A stretch of DNA of 64,000 nt from assembly GCA_020137815.1 (NCBI GenBank), contig CM035360.1, positions 4,712,001 through 4,776,000 of the forward strand. Direction: 5' to 3'. Of the stretch, positions 1-11,900 are shown in pieces. Under the pieces are notes generated by a model. It saw only the letters and a program-made list of their open reading frames with translations. It made no database searches and was not told where the DNA came from. The DNA is from Hormiphora californensis. Lineage: Eukaryota; Animalia; Ctenophora. A program made the position numbers and the translations under genes. Within the stretch, counting starts at the first letter, position 1. Every line of letters begins with the position of its first letter.

Positions 1-2068
1 CATTGCTAAATTGCGTATCCTATTCCCCTCCCCATCAAATCCAAGTTCTTTAGTTCTATATTTTTATTCAGATCAAAACATGGTTTCAAAATCGACGAAG
101 TAAATGGAAAAAGAAGAAGCCCTACGAGAGCAGGAGGGTGCTATCTTTTCTACGTGCCGGGGTCCCCCAACATCTAATTCCTGCAACGACAGAGTCATCA
201 GCAGGTAAACGTTTAAATTTGTCGAAATCAAAACGTTTTCTGCTGTCCCAGCGCCTCGTTCCTTGCCTGTCAGAGCATTGGCTTGAACCATTCTCGTTTC
301 TCGAGCGCACGAGAACTGTGGTCAGAGCATTGGCTTGACAGTGCCTTGCTGTAATTAGGAAACAGATGGGCATATAATGCCATTATATTATGGGGATTAT
401 GGGACCTTAAAACAATTCTGTTTCAGGGGACCATTCTACGGTGTTTGGCGACTCCACGTCGTCTTCTTCTCCTCCTTCTGTTGGTGCATCGTCTTTAGCG
501 TGGCAGTTATTTAACTCAGTCGACGAATCATTGCTAGCCAAGACTATACTACAACACCACGCTAGTAGGGGGTCATAGTGAAATTAGTTTGTTAATCGCC
601 TAATTACTAATTGTTTATTTGGTGTCAGACATCGGCAGAAATGCAGACAATTTAGAGAGTTTGTATTTTTACAAAATAATTTCAATTTTGCTAAAACAGT
701 TATAAAAGCTTCATTACTTTTTGGATTCAGCTTTATCTGCACAACTGTTTTGCTCTCTTTTTAAGTGCCCCCAGAGTCCAGTCCTCTCTCTACACTTAGC
801 ACTTTCTTTCTCTCTCTGCACTGATTTCTCCAAGAGAGTCTCCCAGACAGTTTTTAAATATGTTGCTTGTTTACTTGCAGGATACCTTTTAACCCAAACC
901 ACCCAGCGAATTTGGGTCAATTCCCCATTTCCCAACACCATGCATCGTGGGACAAATTTATGACGCCTGCTGGGCCCCACTTAAAACACCACTCCGCCTC
1001 TAATAATTAGAATCGTCGTGGGACCTCCCGCGTATACATTTGTCAAACGCCCCAAACCGCGACCGATCACTTAGCTGCCATTTGATTGGATGATAAAGGG
1101 CACGAATAAACCATTAATTTCACTGATATCAGGAAGACAGGGATTAATCTCTGGGAGTCTTCCTCAAAGTCAAAGTGTTAAGTGAGGTCCCAAAGCAGTC
1201 AAGATTAAAACTTTATTATGACGTAACGCGCGATGATTCATAACGATTAAAAAGGTACAGAGGGAAGTTTGGTTTGGCGCGCGCAGTGCAACACATGGCT
1301 TGCACTTGAGCATTTAAATGCATTTGCTGCATTGGTGCATGATCATTCCAAACTTTTAATTCCAGTTCCAGCTCCATGAGAGACATCAACATGTCACATG
1401 ACATCGAGTCAGACGGCGTCATCCACGTCGACATCTGACCGACCCACACCTTGGTAGCAAAGAGAAACATCAGGAATTTCGTTACAAAATGAAAATACTA
1501 AATACAAAATCAATAAACATTCAACTCAAGCTTTCTGCTTTCTTAACTCAAAATAAAATATTCGCAAGAGTGGAGTACTGCGATAGATTGCAATGGTGAT
1601 GATGTCATCACTGTCAGGCCAAAGCTCTGACTCGACAGCATCATCATATCTCAAAGATCTTTGATTTGAATGACTCGCTGTCAGAAATACAATGCACATC
1701 CAGTATTCAATCTTCATTTCACTTCAGAGTTCAAAAAACTAAAAATAGTGTGCTCAATCAATCGTAATCATATCTCTTTTTGCACAAAAAACTTCGTTAA
1801 AAAACCGTTATTTTACACTAAATTGGATTTAAACTGAACAAACATCAACAGAATAAGATAATTGGCTCTAATTATTTTTACATACATCAACATGCGAGTG
1901 TCTATCAGTCTCAATTGTCTTACTCAATAACCAGACAAAATGCTGCATCGTTATAATAATACAACCCCAATTATATATCCAAAATCAGCGTCCCCATTTC
2001 AAAGTCCCTATGGCTTGACACAGCTCTGATATCACACCCATGTATCATGGTTGCCATGGTAACACTCA

Positions 2069-5000
2069 TCACGTGACCCAAGATTCATCAGTTGGCGACT
2101 CTCCAGGAGCCGTGGGGGATGATTGTTTTTGGAACATGGCACTGCCCTTCAGAGAATTCATCAGCTCATTTGACTTCCCTCCCAGCAACTGAAATGAAGA
2201 GGGGGAGTTGAACAAAATATCGTTACTGCAATCAGATAATATCTACAAGCTATGTAATTTAATTTTAACAAGACGGTCTTTCTGCATTGAGCAAGTCCAG
2301 AACTTTTATCTTCCCTGACAGACCAATGTCTGCGGTTTTCGGGAATTATAGGGTCAGACCAATGCTCTGACAGCACCTTACCGGATTGAGATGGCCGGGT
2401 TTTGTCTTCGGTTTCGGTCTCAAATACGCCACACACTCGGGAAGGTCTGAGTTACACTTTTTCAGGGTGTCTTTCAGTGTGCTGTGGAACTCAGAGAGGG
2501 TCTTGAAGAAATCCTCACTGTCTGTGTTGGGGCTTTCACCGTACCTTTCCTGGGGGGGGGGGGGGGGGGTGAACAATAGAGTGGCAATGTGGCAGGGGAC
2601 AATACTATGCAGACCGAAAATTAAAATAGGACAACTGAAGCACCCTCATGCCAGATCTATCCTAGTTTGGATGTTACAAGAAGTGAAATAATATTTAACT
2701 TACCAGAACGGTGCTAAAGTGTGATTTCATGGTCTTCGTAGCATCCGATAGAGACGATATATCAACCTGAATGGATGGGGCGATTTTAAACAACCCTGCA
2801 CTTGTACCTAGCCATCAAGTTGTCCAACACGCCACTATAACAAACACGTGTATTTGGGGCGGGGGGGGGGGCGGGTATTCAATTTGAACTGTACCTGGAA
2901 GAAATTAACAAAGTTCTTGACACCATTCAGGAAGCCCGTCAGCTCAGCAGCTTTGTCCTTGTCCGGGTGGGGTGTTGCTCCCATTTCATTAGTTCTCTGG
3001 AGGAGTCTGTTCAGATCCTTCATCATCACATCAACTTCAACACCAATAGAGACGATAGAAGACGCTGCAAGAGGGGGAATAAGGATGTTACTTACTACTA
3101 CAAGCACAATTGGACAATAGATTTCGCAGATAGATTTCGGGATATTTTCCTACATTATGGGTCTGTTATTTATGAAGGTCCTACAACCCTATGCTATTAT
3201 ATAGTGGAGGCGGATATGGCTTGATCTAGTGATCTAGACCGAACCGTCACAGATCCACACACGAAGCCACACACGATGTGTAACCTGTATATACCTTGTG
3301 ATGCTGAATTTATTATTTCGAAATCCTTGACAAATGACAAACAGTCCACTTCCGGGCTGATTCTGACACACTCTTGGACGATAAAGTCGAGGAGGGTAAA
3401 GGCCCTGTCGAGGGGAGATCGGACATCGCTCAGCAATGGTAGCGTCTGGGTCAGCTTGAAGGAGTGACCTGGAGGAGTGGGGTTGGGTCATTACTTTAAA
3501 ACTATTTCAAATGCATCAACATATTTAGACCGTTCCCTAAAAATTAGTACCCAAAATAACCGCAAAAACAATGACACGTGCGCCAGCAGGGGGTGTTTAT
3601 CTCACTTGTTTTCTTGGTGTTGACAGATGCGTTCATCATATTTCCCACGGTTAGGACCACTTCAAGGAACTTAATGAAGGAGGCATTGGTGAGAAGGCAG
3701 GTGATAGCAGATTGAAGGTCGTTACACATCCCTTTCACTTCCTGCGTGGGGCGATAAGACGAACTAGTTAACTATAGGTAGTCAGATTAGTTAATTTAAG
3801 ATATTTTAGAATTTGATAAAATCTAAGTTGGGACGGGGTTGGGACACGGCATGTTTACCAACTAAGACTTTTCTAAATTCTAAGAGGACTCTTCAGTCTG
3901 TTCTAACCCCCAAGCTAAATATCAGCTGGTACCTCAAAATAACCCCCAAACTCTTGCAAAATGTCCTGCAGTATACCTCAAAATCATCAGGCAGTGCCGT
4001 TGTAACATCGATCATGTGTATCCGTTGTGTAAACCAAGGGCACTGTACCATGTACCACATAGTCTGACGAGATCTATCGAGAGAGGCCACTGCAGACTCT
4101 GGTACCTTCTGGTACTCTAGGACATCCTCGTAGGTTGGGGCTAACCTGGAGAAAAAGGAGGGGGTGATAGATTTGGAGAAAAGGGAGGGGGTGTTAGATC
4201 TGGAGAAAAAGGGGGGTGTGTTAGATCTGGAGAAAAGGGAGGTGGTGTTAGATCTGGAGAAAAGGGAGGGGGTGTTAGATCTGGAGAAAAAGGAGGGGGT
4301 GTTAGATCTGGAGAAAAGGGGAGGGGGTGTTAGATTTGGAGAATGGGGAGGGGTGTTAGATTTGGAGAATGGGGAGGGGGTGTTAGATTTGGAGAAAAAG
4401 GAGGGGGTGTTAGATCTGGAGAAAAAGGAGGGGGTGTTAGATTTGGAGAAAAGGGAGGGGGTATTAGATTTGGAGAAAAAGGAGGGGGTGTTAGATCTGG
4501 AGAAAAGGGAGGGGGTGTTAGATCTGGAGAAAAGGGAGGGGGTGTTAGATTTGGAGAAAAAGGAAGGGGTGTTAGATCTGGAGAAAAAGGAGGGGGTGTT
4601 AGATCTGGAGAAAAAGGAGGGGGTGTTAGATCTGGAGAAAAAGGAGGGGGTGTTAGATCTGGAGAAAAGGGAGGGGGTGTTAGATCTGGAGAAAAGGGAG
4701 GGGGTGTTAGATCTGGAGAAAAGGGAGGGGTGTTAGATTTGGGGAAAGGGAGGGGGTATTAGATTTGGAGGGTGGAGAATGGGGAGGGGGTGTTAGATTT
4801 GGAGAAAAAGGAGGGGGTGTTAGATTTGGAGAAAAAGGAAGGGGTGTTAGATCTGGAGAAAAGGGAGGGGGTGTTAGATTTGGAGAAAAAGGAAGGGGTG
4901 TTAGATCTGGAGAAAAAGGGAGGGGGTGTTAGATCTGGAGAAAAAGGAGGTGGAGTTAGATTTTGAGAATGGGGAGGGGGTGTTAGATCTGGAGAAAAAG

Positions 5001-5789
5001 GGTGAGGTTGTTAGTCTAAACTGGAGGAGGGTAGTTAGATCTCTCTTCAACCTGGAGAATGATAGACATTGTGATTAATTGGGAGGAAACATTGGGAAAC
5101 GGTGGTCGGTGAGTGAGAGGCATGAATCCTTTTTGAGAGAGAGATGTTTTATAGCAATTACTTTTTGATTGATGGTATGTGTTCCTTCAGTCGGGTATCC
5201 TCCTTGATGTTGTCAGAGCTGACCTTTGAAACAAACATTGATATGGTAGCTGGGTCCACTGACGCACCGTGGAGGAAAATACCTGGAGAGAGATTCAGAG
5301 GTAGTGAACAATAAAAAATAAAGTCGGATTTTTTGAAGTTGTCACCCCCAAATGACCGTGCATGTGAAATTTATCAATTTTGACGGGCGCGCCACACGTT
5401 AACATGTGATGTGACACGCAAAAACATTCCGCACACGAAAAGGGGGGTGACAACTTCAAAAAATCCGACTTTACCTGGAGAGAGAGCAATGTGGTCTAGA
5501 TATATTGCAGATCGTAAAACATTCGAGTATTTACATAAAAACCATGCCAGGCATCGCTCTGCCACATCAAGGAGTAGTGATCAGTGACAGCTGTGACAGT
5601 ATACTAACCAATGTTTTGAGACCGTTTAGCATCTAATCGTGGCCCCTCTGGTTCTTTTGGCTTGTTTTGGGTTTGGAAAACATGGCTTTCCTTAGCAGCA
5701 AAGAAATGTTCCATCTGGCCAACGTTAATCATGGGCGACCTATCTTCCATCTTGGTCCATACAGACTTTTTGTAGGGGATCGGGGGCAC
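2069..5789 (-). CDS. Formin FH2 domain plus C-terminal DAD-like tail. Exons 5609-5789, 5162-5282, 3977-4145, 3606-3741, 3295-3468, 2895-3064, 2704-2766, 2382-2549, 2069-2188
   Basis: The GT-AG exons join in consistent phase. FH2 motifs: KSVW, LDAKRSQNIGIFL, FLEVVLTVGNMMN, SFKLTQTLPLLSDVRS..TLLDFIV, YGESP..EDFFKTLSEF. The last exon reads LLGGKSNELMNSLKGSAMF, with the stop at 2069-2071. Confidence 0.92.
4146..5055. repeat. 27-bp intronic minisatellite, about 33 copies (minus-strand unit tctaacaccccctcctttttctccaga)
   Basis: Tandem periodicity is directly visible, and the ORF track shows a 9-aa VLDLEKKEG periodicity. Confidence 0.95.
5319..5473. mobile_element. MITE with about 30-bp TIRs
   Basis: taaagtcggattttttgaagttgtcaccccc ... 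gggggtgacaacttcaaaaaatccgacttta. Confidence 0.8.
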
Positions 5790-5792
5790 CTG

Positions 5793-5794
<2 letters not shown>

Positions 5795-5867
<73 letters not shown>

Positions 5868-5891
5868 TAAAGAGAGAGATAAAGAGAGAGG

Positions 5892-5960
<69 letters not shown>
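5795..5960. repeat. (GA)n microsatellite filling an intron. Similar tracts at 19810-19905, 26130-26190, 27950-28075, 38182-38352
   Basis: Directly visible. Confidence 0.97.
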
Positions 5961-5963
<3 letters not shown>

Positions 5964-5975
5964 GAAACTCCATAC

Positions 5976-8900
5976 CTTGGACCAGAAAAGACCGTTCACT
6001 TTGCAACTGGGCACCACTTTAGGTATGTTGATGTGTTTTGATGGGGCAGATCTGGGTCCTGCTCCAGGTGGTGGGGGCGGTACGGGGGTTCCAGGGGGTG
6101 GTGGGGCTGCTGGGGTACCCGGTGGAGGACGGGGTGGGGCCGGGGTGACTGGGGCTGGAACTGGAGGAGGCGCAACCACAACCGGGGGTTCTGGGGAATG
6201 GGGTGCTATTTAACATTTATGATTTAACCAAGCTATCGTAAATCGTAATTGATATCTGGTAATCTTTAGAATTATCCAAATTAAACTGTATATTTTCTCA
6301 TATTCATATCATTGGGTACCTGGCTTCTTGGGTGATGGTGGTACTTGTATTGGTTCCGTTTGCTCGTATACCGGTTCAACAACAGGAGTGACAACAGGGG
6401 GCGGCACGGGCTCTTCAGTTATTATAGGAGGCGGAGGGGGCGAGGGGGTGGGCTCTCGTTCCTGAGAGGGGTAGAGATTTTTATAAAACAACAACTACAC
6501 TCAACAGAACATTCTACGCCATGTCGGGAATCGCGCTGACTCTTTCTTGCGCGGAGCTATGAGAGTAAAACTCTGTATTACCTTGGGAACCTCCGTTATG
6601 ACTGACGTGGCATCCGAAGATTTAACAGGAGATTTTCATAACTTCTGAAATGAAACATCAAGTGTTATTTAACAAATTGGGTACGTGACTGACCTAGCTG
6701 CACCTCGAGATTGCGTGAGATAAATCTCCCTGATAAGCTAGGTCAGTCATTAGAGATTTGTAGACATGTAAACAGGTAGATAGATTACAGGAACCGACCG
6801 ACACAAGTAAGCAACCAATCAGAACTCGCTATTTAGGTCACGTGACTGGTTATCAGTCAATCAGGGACCAGTATTTCCTGATTCGGTCGGTTCCTGATAA
6901 TAATTAGAGTCAGAGAGATGCACAGCAAACAGATAAACATGCAAACCGTAGAATATAAACATGCCGATTAGTACACGAGTAATAAATTAAATTGCAGTGA
7001 AAGAGTGGAAATAAAATGAAAGAGTGTTCAGCTGCTGAAAAGTAGTACAGTCGGACCCCGATTTAGTGGCATCCTCGGGGGGAAAAAATCCTACCACTAA
7101 ATCGGGGTGCCACTAAATCGAGGTGAGCCATATTTGGCCCATAAAAACCTATTTTATACCCAATTAATGCTATACTAAGACTAAAGACACCTCTAACTGT
7201 TATATGCAATATTCATGTATTGATGACATAATCATTTCTGATTAGAAATAGAAAACTAGAAAATAATTTTCTCAAAAAAATTGTAAAAAATTTTCTAAGT
7301 TATACCAGCCCGTCCGATTTGTGTTTCGAATCGGTGCAGCTTACTGGATGTCCCGATGTCCTGTCTAATTAGCGATTTAGCGGGTTCGAAACGAACCGAT
7401 ACGTGATACCATGCCGAATCGGGGCACCCTAAGCAGGTGAGGAAGTATCAAAATTTCAAAATAACTTTTTCTCTCACAATTTATGGGGAGCACTGATCAA
7501 AGCATTGACAATCGTACTGTAAAATTTTGCAAAAAAAGTTTTAGATTGAGCTCAGATCAGTTCATCCTGTTGATCTGTTTAAGACAAGACTAAAGACAAG
7601 GTTGTTTCAGGAGGCATTCGGATCTGCTTCAGAGTTGTAATCGGAGGTGTCCTATCCTTCCCCTTTCCCGTGTCGAGCAGGCAATTCTAGCATAGCAATT
7701 CCTTACTATTTCCCTTCCTAGGGCTATTATAGCAGGGGGGCTGCTGATGCAGTTGGGCTGACTTTTGTTTGTAGCATGAGGGCTACTGGCTTTGTTTCTT
7801 TATCTCGATTTATAGTCTGTTATTTAATTTCAGCTAACAAGTTGTTTTCCAGAAGTTTATGTGTCCCGTTTTTCCTTAGGCTTTTTTCAATTTTTGGAGT
7901 ATATAATCAGTAGATGTGTCTATTTTGTTCTAAGTGAGTCAGGATATTAGCAACCTTGGTGTACCGCTCTGAATCTGGGCAGTGTTGGACTCATGTCAAT
8001 GATCCAGCCCTGTCTGGACTGAGCGGTATACTAAAAACCCTTTATTATTACTAGTAGGCCCGTTCGCCCTACGGGCGAATTTCGGGGAAATGGTAGCTGG
8101 ATTAGGGAATGCTGACATCACCTGCACCATCCGTTCCTAGCCTATCTCTCACTTTCTCCCTATACTACGTTGTTTTACGCTATGTTGTTGTACGCTCTGG
8201 GCTTCCTGTCAATGTCAAGGTGCAAATTTAAAAAATCAATGTCAGGGAGGTTCAGTGCTGTTACAGAAACTCATCACGTGAAAACTTGGCCGCCATGTAG
8301 CCAATTCAGAGATTTCTATATTCGATTGGAGTAATCACCCTTGGGCGACGTTGGGTAAAGCTATCAGTAGTCGTTGATTGGCTCGCTTGAACACGTTGGC
8401 GTAATCTGTAATATTCTCTAGCCTGCTCTCTGACAGCAGCAGATCTTCCGGACCCAGATGACCGTTGCCGAATAGCGCTTGGGGTTGAAGAGTTAGACAT
8501 CAGGACAAAAGTAAAAGAATGCACGTGCAGAATTTAATTTCCCTTAGTACCCAAAACTGCAACTGGGAGTGAGGTTTCTAAGTTGCTCTAATAATTGCAC
8601 GTGCAGGTGTAGTTGCTAGGTGATGTAGCACTGACAATTTGAATAGTAAGTAGTATGATTATTATTATTAGATTTTTTTAAAAGGTATACCAGCCACGTC
8701 CGAATCGTGTTTCGAATCGGTGCATCTTATCGTTCCGAACCGTCTAATTAGCAGCAGGACATGCGATAAGATGCACTGATTCGAAACACGATTCGGACGT
8801 GGCTGACATTCCTTTGAAAAATTTTCAAAAAATTTTCACCAAAAAATTCTAAAAAATTTTTGGGGGAAAAAAATCCTGCCACTAAATCGGGGTGCCACTA

Positions 8901-11900
8901 AATCGGGGGCCACTAAATCGGGGTCCGACTGTAGCAGAATGAAAAGTGCTAAAAAGATGAAGTTCAGCGATTTAAATACGAGATATATAAATTGATTTTG
9001 AAGTGTTATGTGATGAAGAAAGTGCCGTTTTAAAAGGAGAAAGACCCGAAAGAACAATAAAACCCAGCTTTTAGCAGAGCTTTCAGCTAGCTGCTATCTC
9101 CATGGTTACCGGTGGGTGCTGTGGAGGACGAGAGGGAGGTTGTTCTTTTTGGCGCAGGAGGGGGCGGGGGAGGTGATGGCGGTGGTGGTGGTGGGGGTAG
9201 ATCATCCTCAAATACCAAACTCTCCCTCACACCCTCACTCTCCCTCACTCCATTAATTTGTAATTGTCTCTTATTATTATTGTCCGGTCCTCCAGTATAC
9301 TCTAACACAATACTCCCCTCACTGCTCACACTACCACGACGATGGGGCCGTGTTGTGCCGCCATTACTGGTAGTAGATCTCCTACTGGTGGACAGGGAGG
9401 ACCTCTTCTCGGGCGGTATGGGGGTGTCGTAGTGGTCCACTGTAGCTGTAGGAGGAGGACATGCTTGGGGTCATTCTCTCACACACAAACATTCACACCC
9501 TCAATCACACATTCCCACTCTTAGATATTCACACCCCTCACCCTCCCAACTCACACGTTTGATCACACCATCACACACTCTATCACACATTCCCACCGGA
9601 CACCCTCCCAACTCACACATTCAATCACACACTCACACACTCCCAACTCACCGTGAGGACGTTGTGTAACGACATTTGATCGGCGGTATGCACTGCAGGA
9701 ATCGGTCCGGGGCGGGGGTAGGGGAGTCGCTGTATGATCTGAGTTACATTGTTAGGGTCAGGGGAATCTCACATTGACCATATTTTGGGAATCCTATTGA
9801 CCATATTTAGACATTTTGGAAAACTTATTGACCATATTTGGGTATCATGAACCTCACATGACTAAGAAATATTTTAAACAATAGAGTTGTGTGTAAAAGT
9901 GAATGAAAACATGTGTAATTGTTTAATGGAATGAGGTGTTGTAATTAAGGGTACACCTGGCGTTTTTCATCATCGAGTGCCCAACCAAATGACTTCACCA
10001 GGGTTTAGGCCATACAAAATGGACCTCAAATATGCAATTTTAGCCCTAAAGTCGAATTCATATTTTTGCTACAGCCTATTTTCAAAGTGGCGTTTTTTCA
10101 ATTTTTGGTGGAATTTTTAACCTCAGGACCACTTTTTTTGAGATAGAAACATTAAATTCTTGGAATTTGAAGAGAATATAAAGGTAAATAAGCCCAAAGA
10201 AGGATTTTTGAAATGGAGCTAATTTATGGCCATGAGAACGGTTTACTTTTTTGCTTCTTTGACACGCTGGCTGAGAATGTTCCCATGCTTCATTAGAGAT
10301 GAAAATCTGGAAATAGTTGCTCAAAACGATTATCTATGTGGCCCAAAAATTTTGGAACTTTCCCGCCAAAGATGTGGTGTACAGAGCTTGTTTTGTGAAA
10401 CCCATCTTTTTGAAAAAGAGGGAAATTCCCTGTATCTCAAAAACGGATGATCGTAGAGACCTGCGACCAAGCTTAATCGATTCAGAAGGTCCGATTTTGG
10501 GGGGGTCTTCTGAGAGACATTTTGCTCCTACTCCAACCGTTTTTGCTGTAATTGCGAAAAAGGTATCAGCAAGTAAGGGGGAAATCAGCCCGAAGCAGGC
10601 TACTGGAATATAGTTGTTCCCCCTTTTCATAGAATTGGTTTTTTGCAAGTACAGCAAAAACGGTTGGAGTAGGAGCAAAATGTCTCTCAGAAGACCCCCC
10701 CAAAATCGGACCTTCTGAATCGATTAAGCTTGGTCGCAGGTCTCTACGATCATCCGTTTTTGAGATACAGGGAATCTCCCTCTTTTTCAAAAAGATGGGT
10801 TTCACAAAACAAGCTCTGTACACCACATCTTTGGCGGGAAAGTTCCAAAATTTGGCACTGTTAGGAATGGCCGACACTAACAATTTTTTTGTTAGTGTTT
10901 TTTTGTTAGTGACGTCACTAACAAAAAAATTGTTAGTGTTTTCACTAACAATTTTCACTAACAAAAAATTGTTAGTGTTTTCACTAACAATTTTCACTAA
11001 CAAAAATTTTGTTAGTGTTTTCACTAACAATTTTCACTAACAAAAATTTTGTTAGTGTTTTCACTAACAATTTTCACTAACAAAATTTTTGTTAGTGTTT
11101 CTAATTGGGGTGATATATGGTTATGAGATACGATTCAGGGACGCCATATTGGCAGTGTGAGACGATACGGGTTATGGAACATGATTCGGTGAAGCTTATC
11201 AGGATGGTTAGGCGACATGAGACACGATTCGGGGAAGGTTTTCTTCGTTTTTCCAGTAACGATACATGGAAAATGAAGATATTTGTGAGTAGACAAGAAA
11301 TACACCAATTTCAAGAGAATAAAACTAAAACCACAATCCAAATAGCTTGTCCACATTTAGTTGCTCTGTTGAAAGGCTCTCCATTTGAAATATTGCCAGT
11401 TTGGCGGATTTTGTGGCAGGTTCGTTCATCCGATTGTGTATTGTGTCGGGGAAGAGTGTGCAGAGCCGTCCAATTGGTCTGTAAACTCTCTTGTAAGTTC
11501 ACTTCCTCATTATCAAGTAGGAGCGATATACTGGGATACCGTCGTATCAGTTCACATTGTAAGTGGTTCTGCCGCTAATGAGGTACACTGAATCGTGAGC
11601 ACTGAGCCTCGATACGGGATACTGCTCACGATTCGGTGTGCCTCATTAGCAGCGGAACCTCTTACAACATCAACCGATACGGGATACTGCTCACGATTTG
11701 GTGTACCTCATGCCGATACGTGATACCTCAAGTGCAGTGGTAATCGGTCTGTTTGATAACCGGATCATATGGTGTGGTAATTGGTTCGTGTGGCAGGGTG
11801 ATAGGATCATATGGTCGGGTAATCGGTTCGTATTGTACTCCAATTGTTGGACAGAGCAACTAAATGTGGACAAGTTATTTGATTTGTGGTTTTAGTTTTA

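Larger units (their letters stand above)
7048..8931. mobile_element. Non-autonomous Tc1/mariner-like element carrying nested insertions
   Basis: TA|cagtcggaccccgatttagtgg ... ccactaaatcggggtccgactg|TA, with repeated subterminal taaatcgggg motifs. Confidence 0.88.

Noticed and set aside
410-1200. Possible minus-strand exons (acidic stretch at about 410-545; ORF 714-980)
   Set aside because: No recognisable domain, and no consistent splice chain could be built.
4164-4966. Plus-strand ORFs of VLDLEKKEG repeats
   Set aside because: By-product of the 27-bp intronic minisatellite, antisense to the formin.
9945-9960. piggyBac assignment for the TTAA element
   Set aside because: Termini are GGG..CCC rather than piggyBac-type CCC..GGG, so Kolobok-like fits better.
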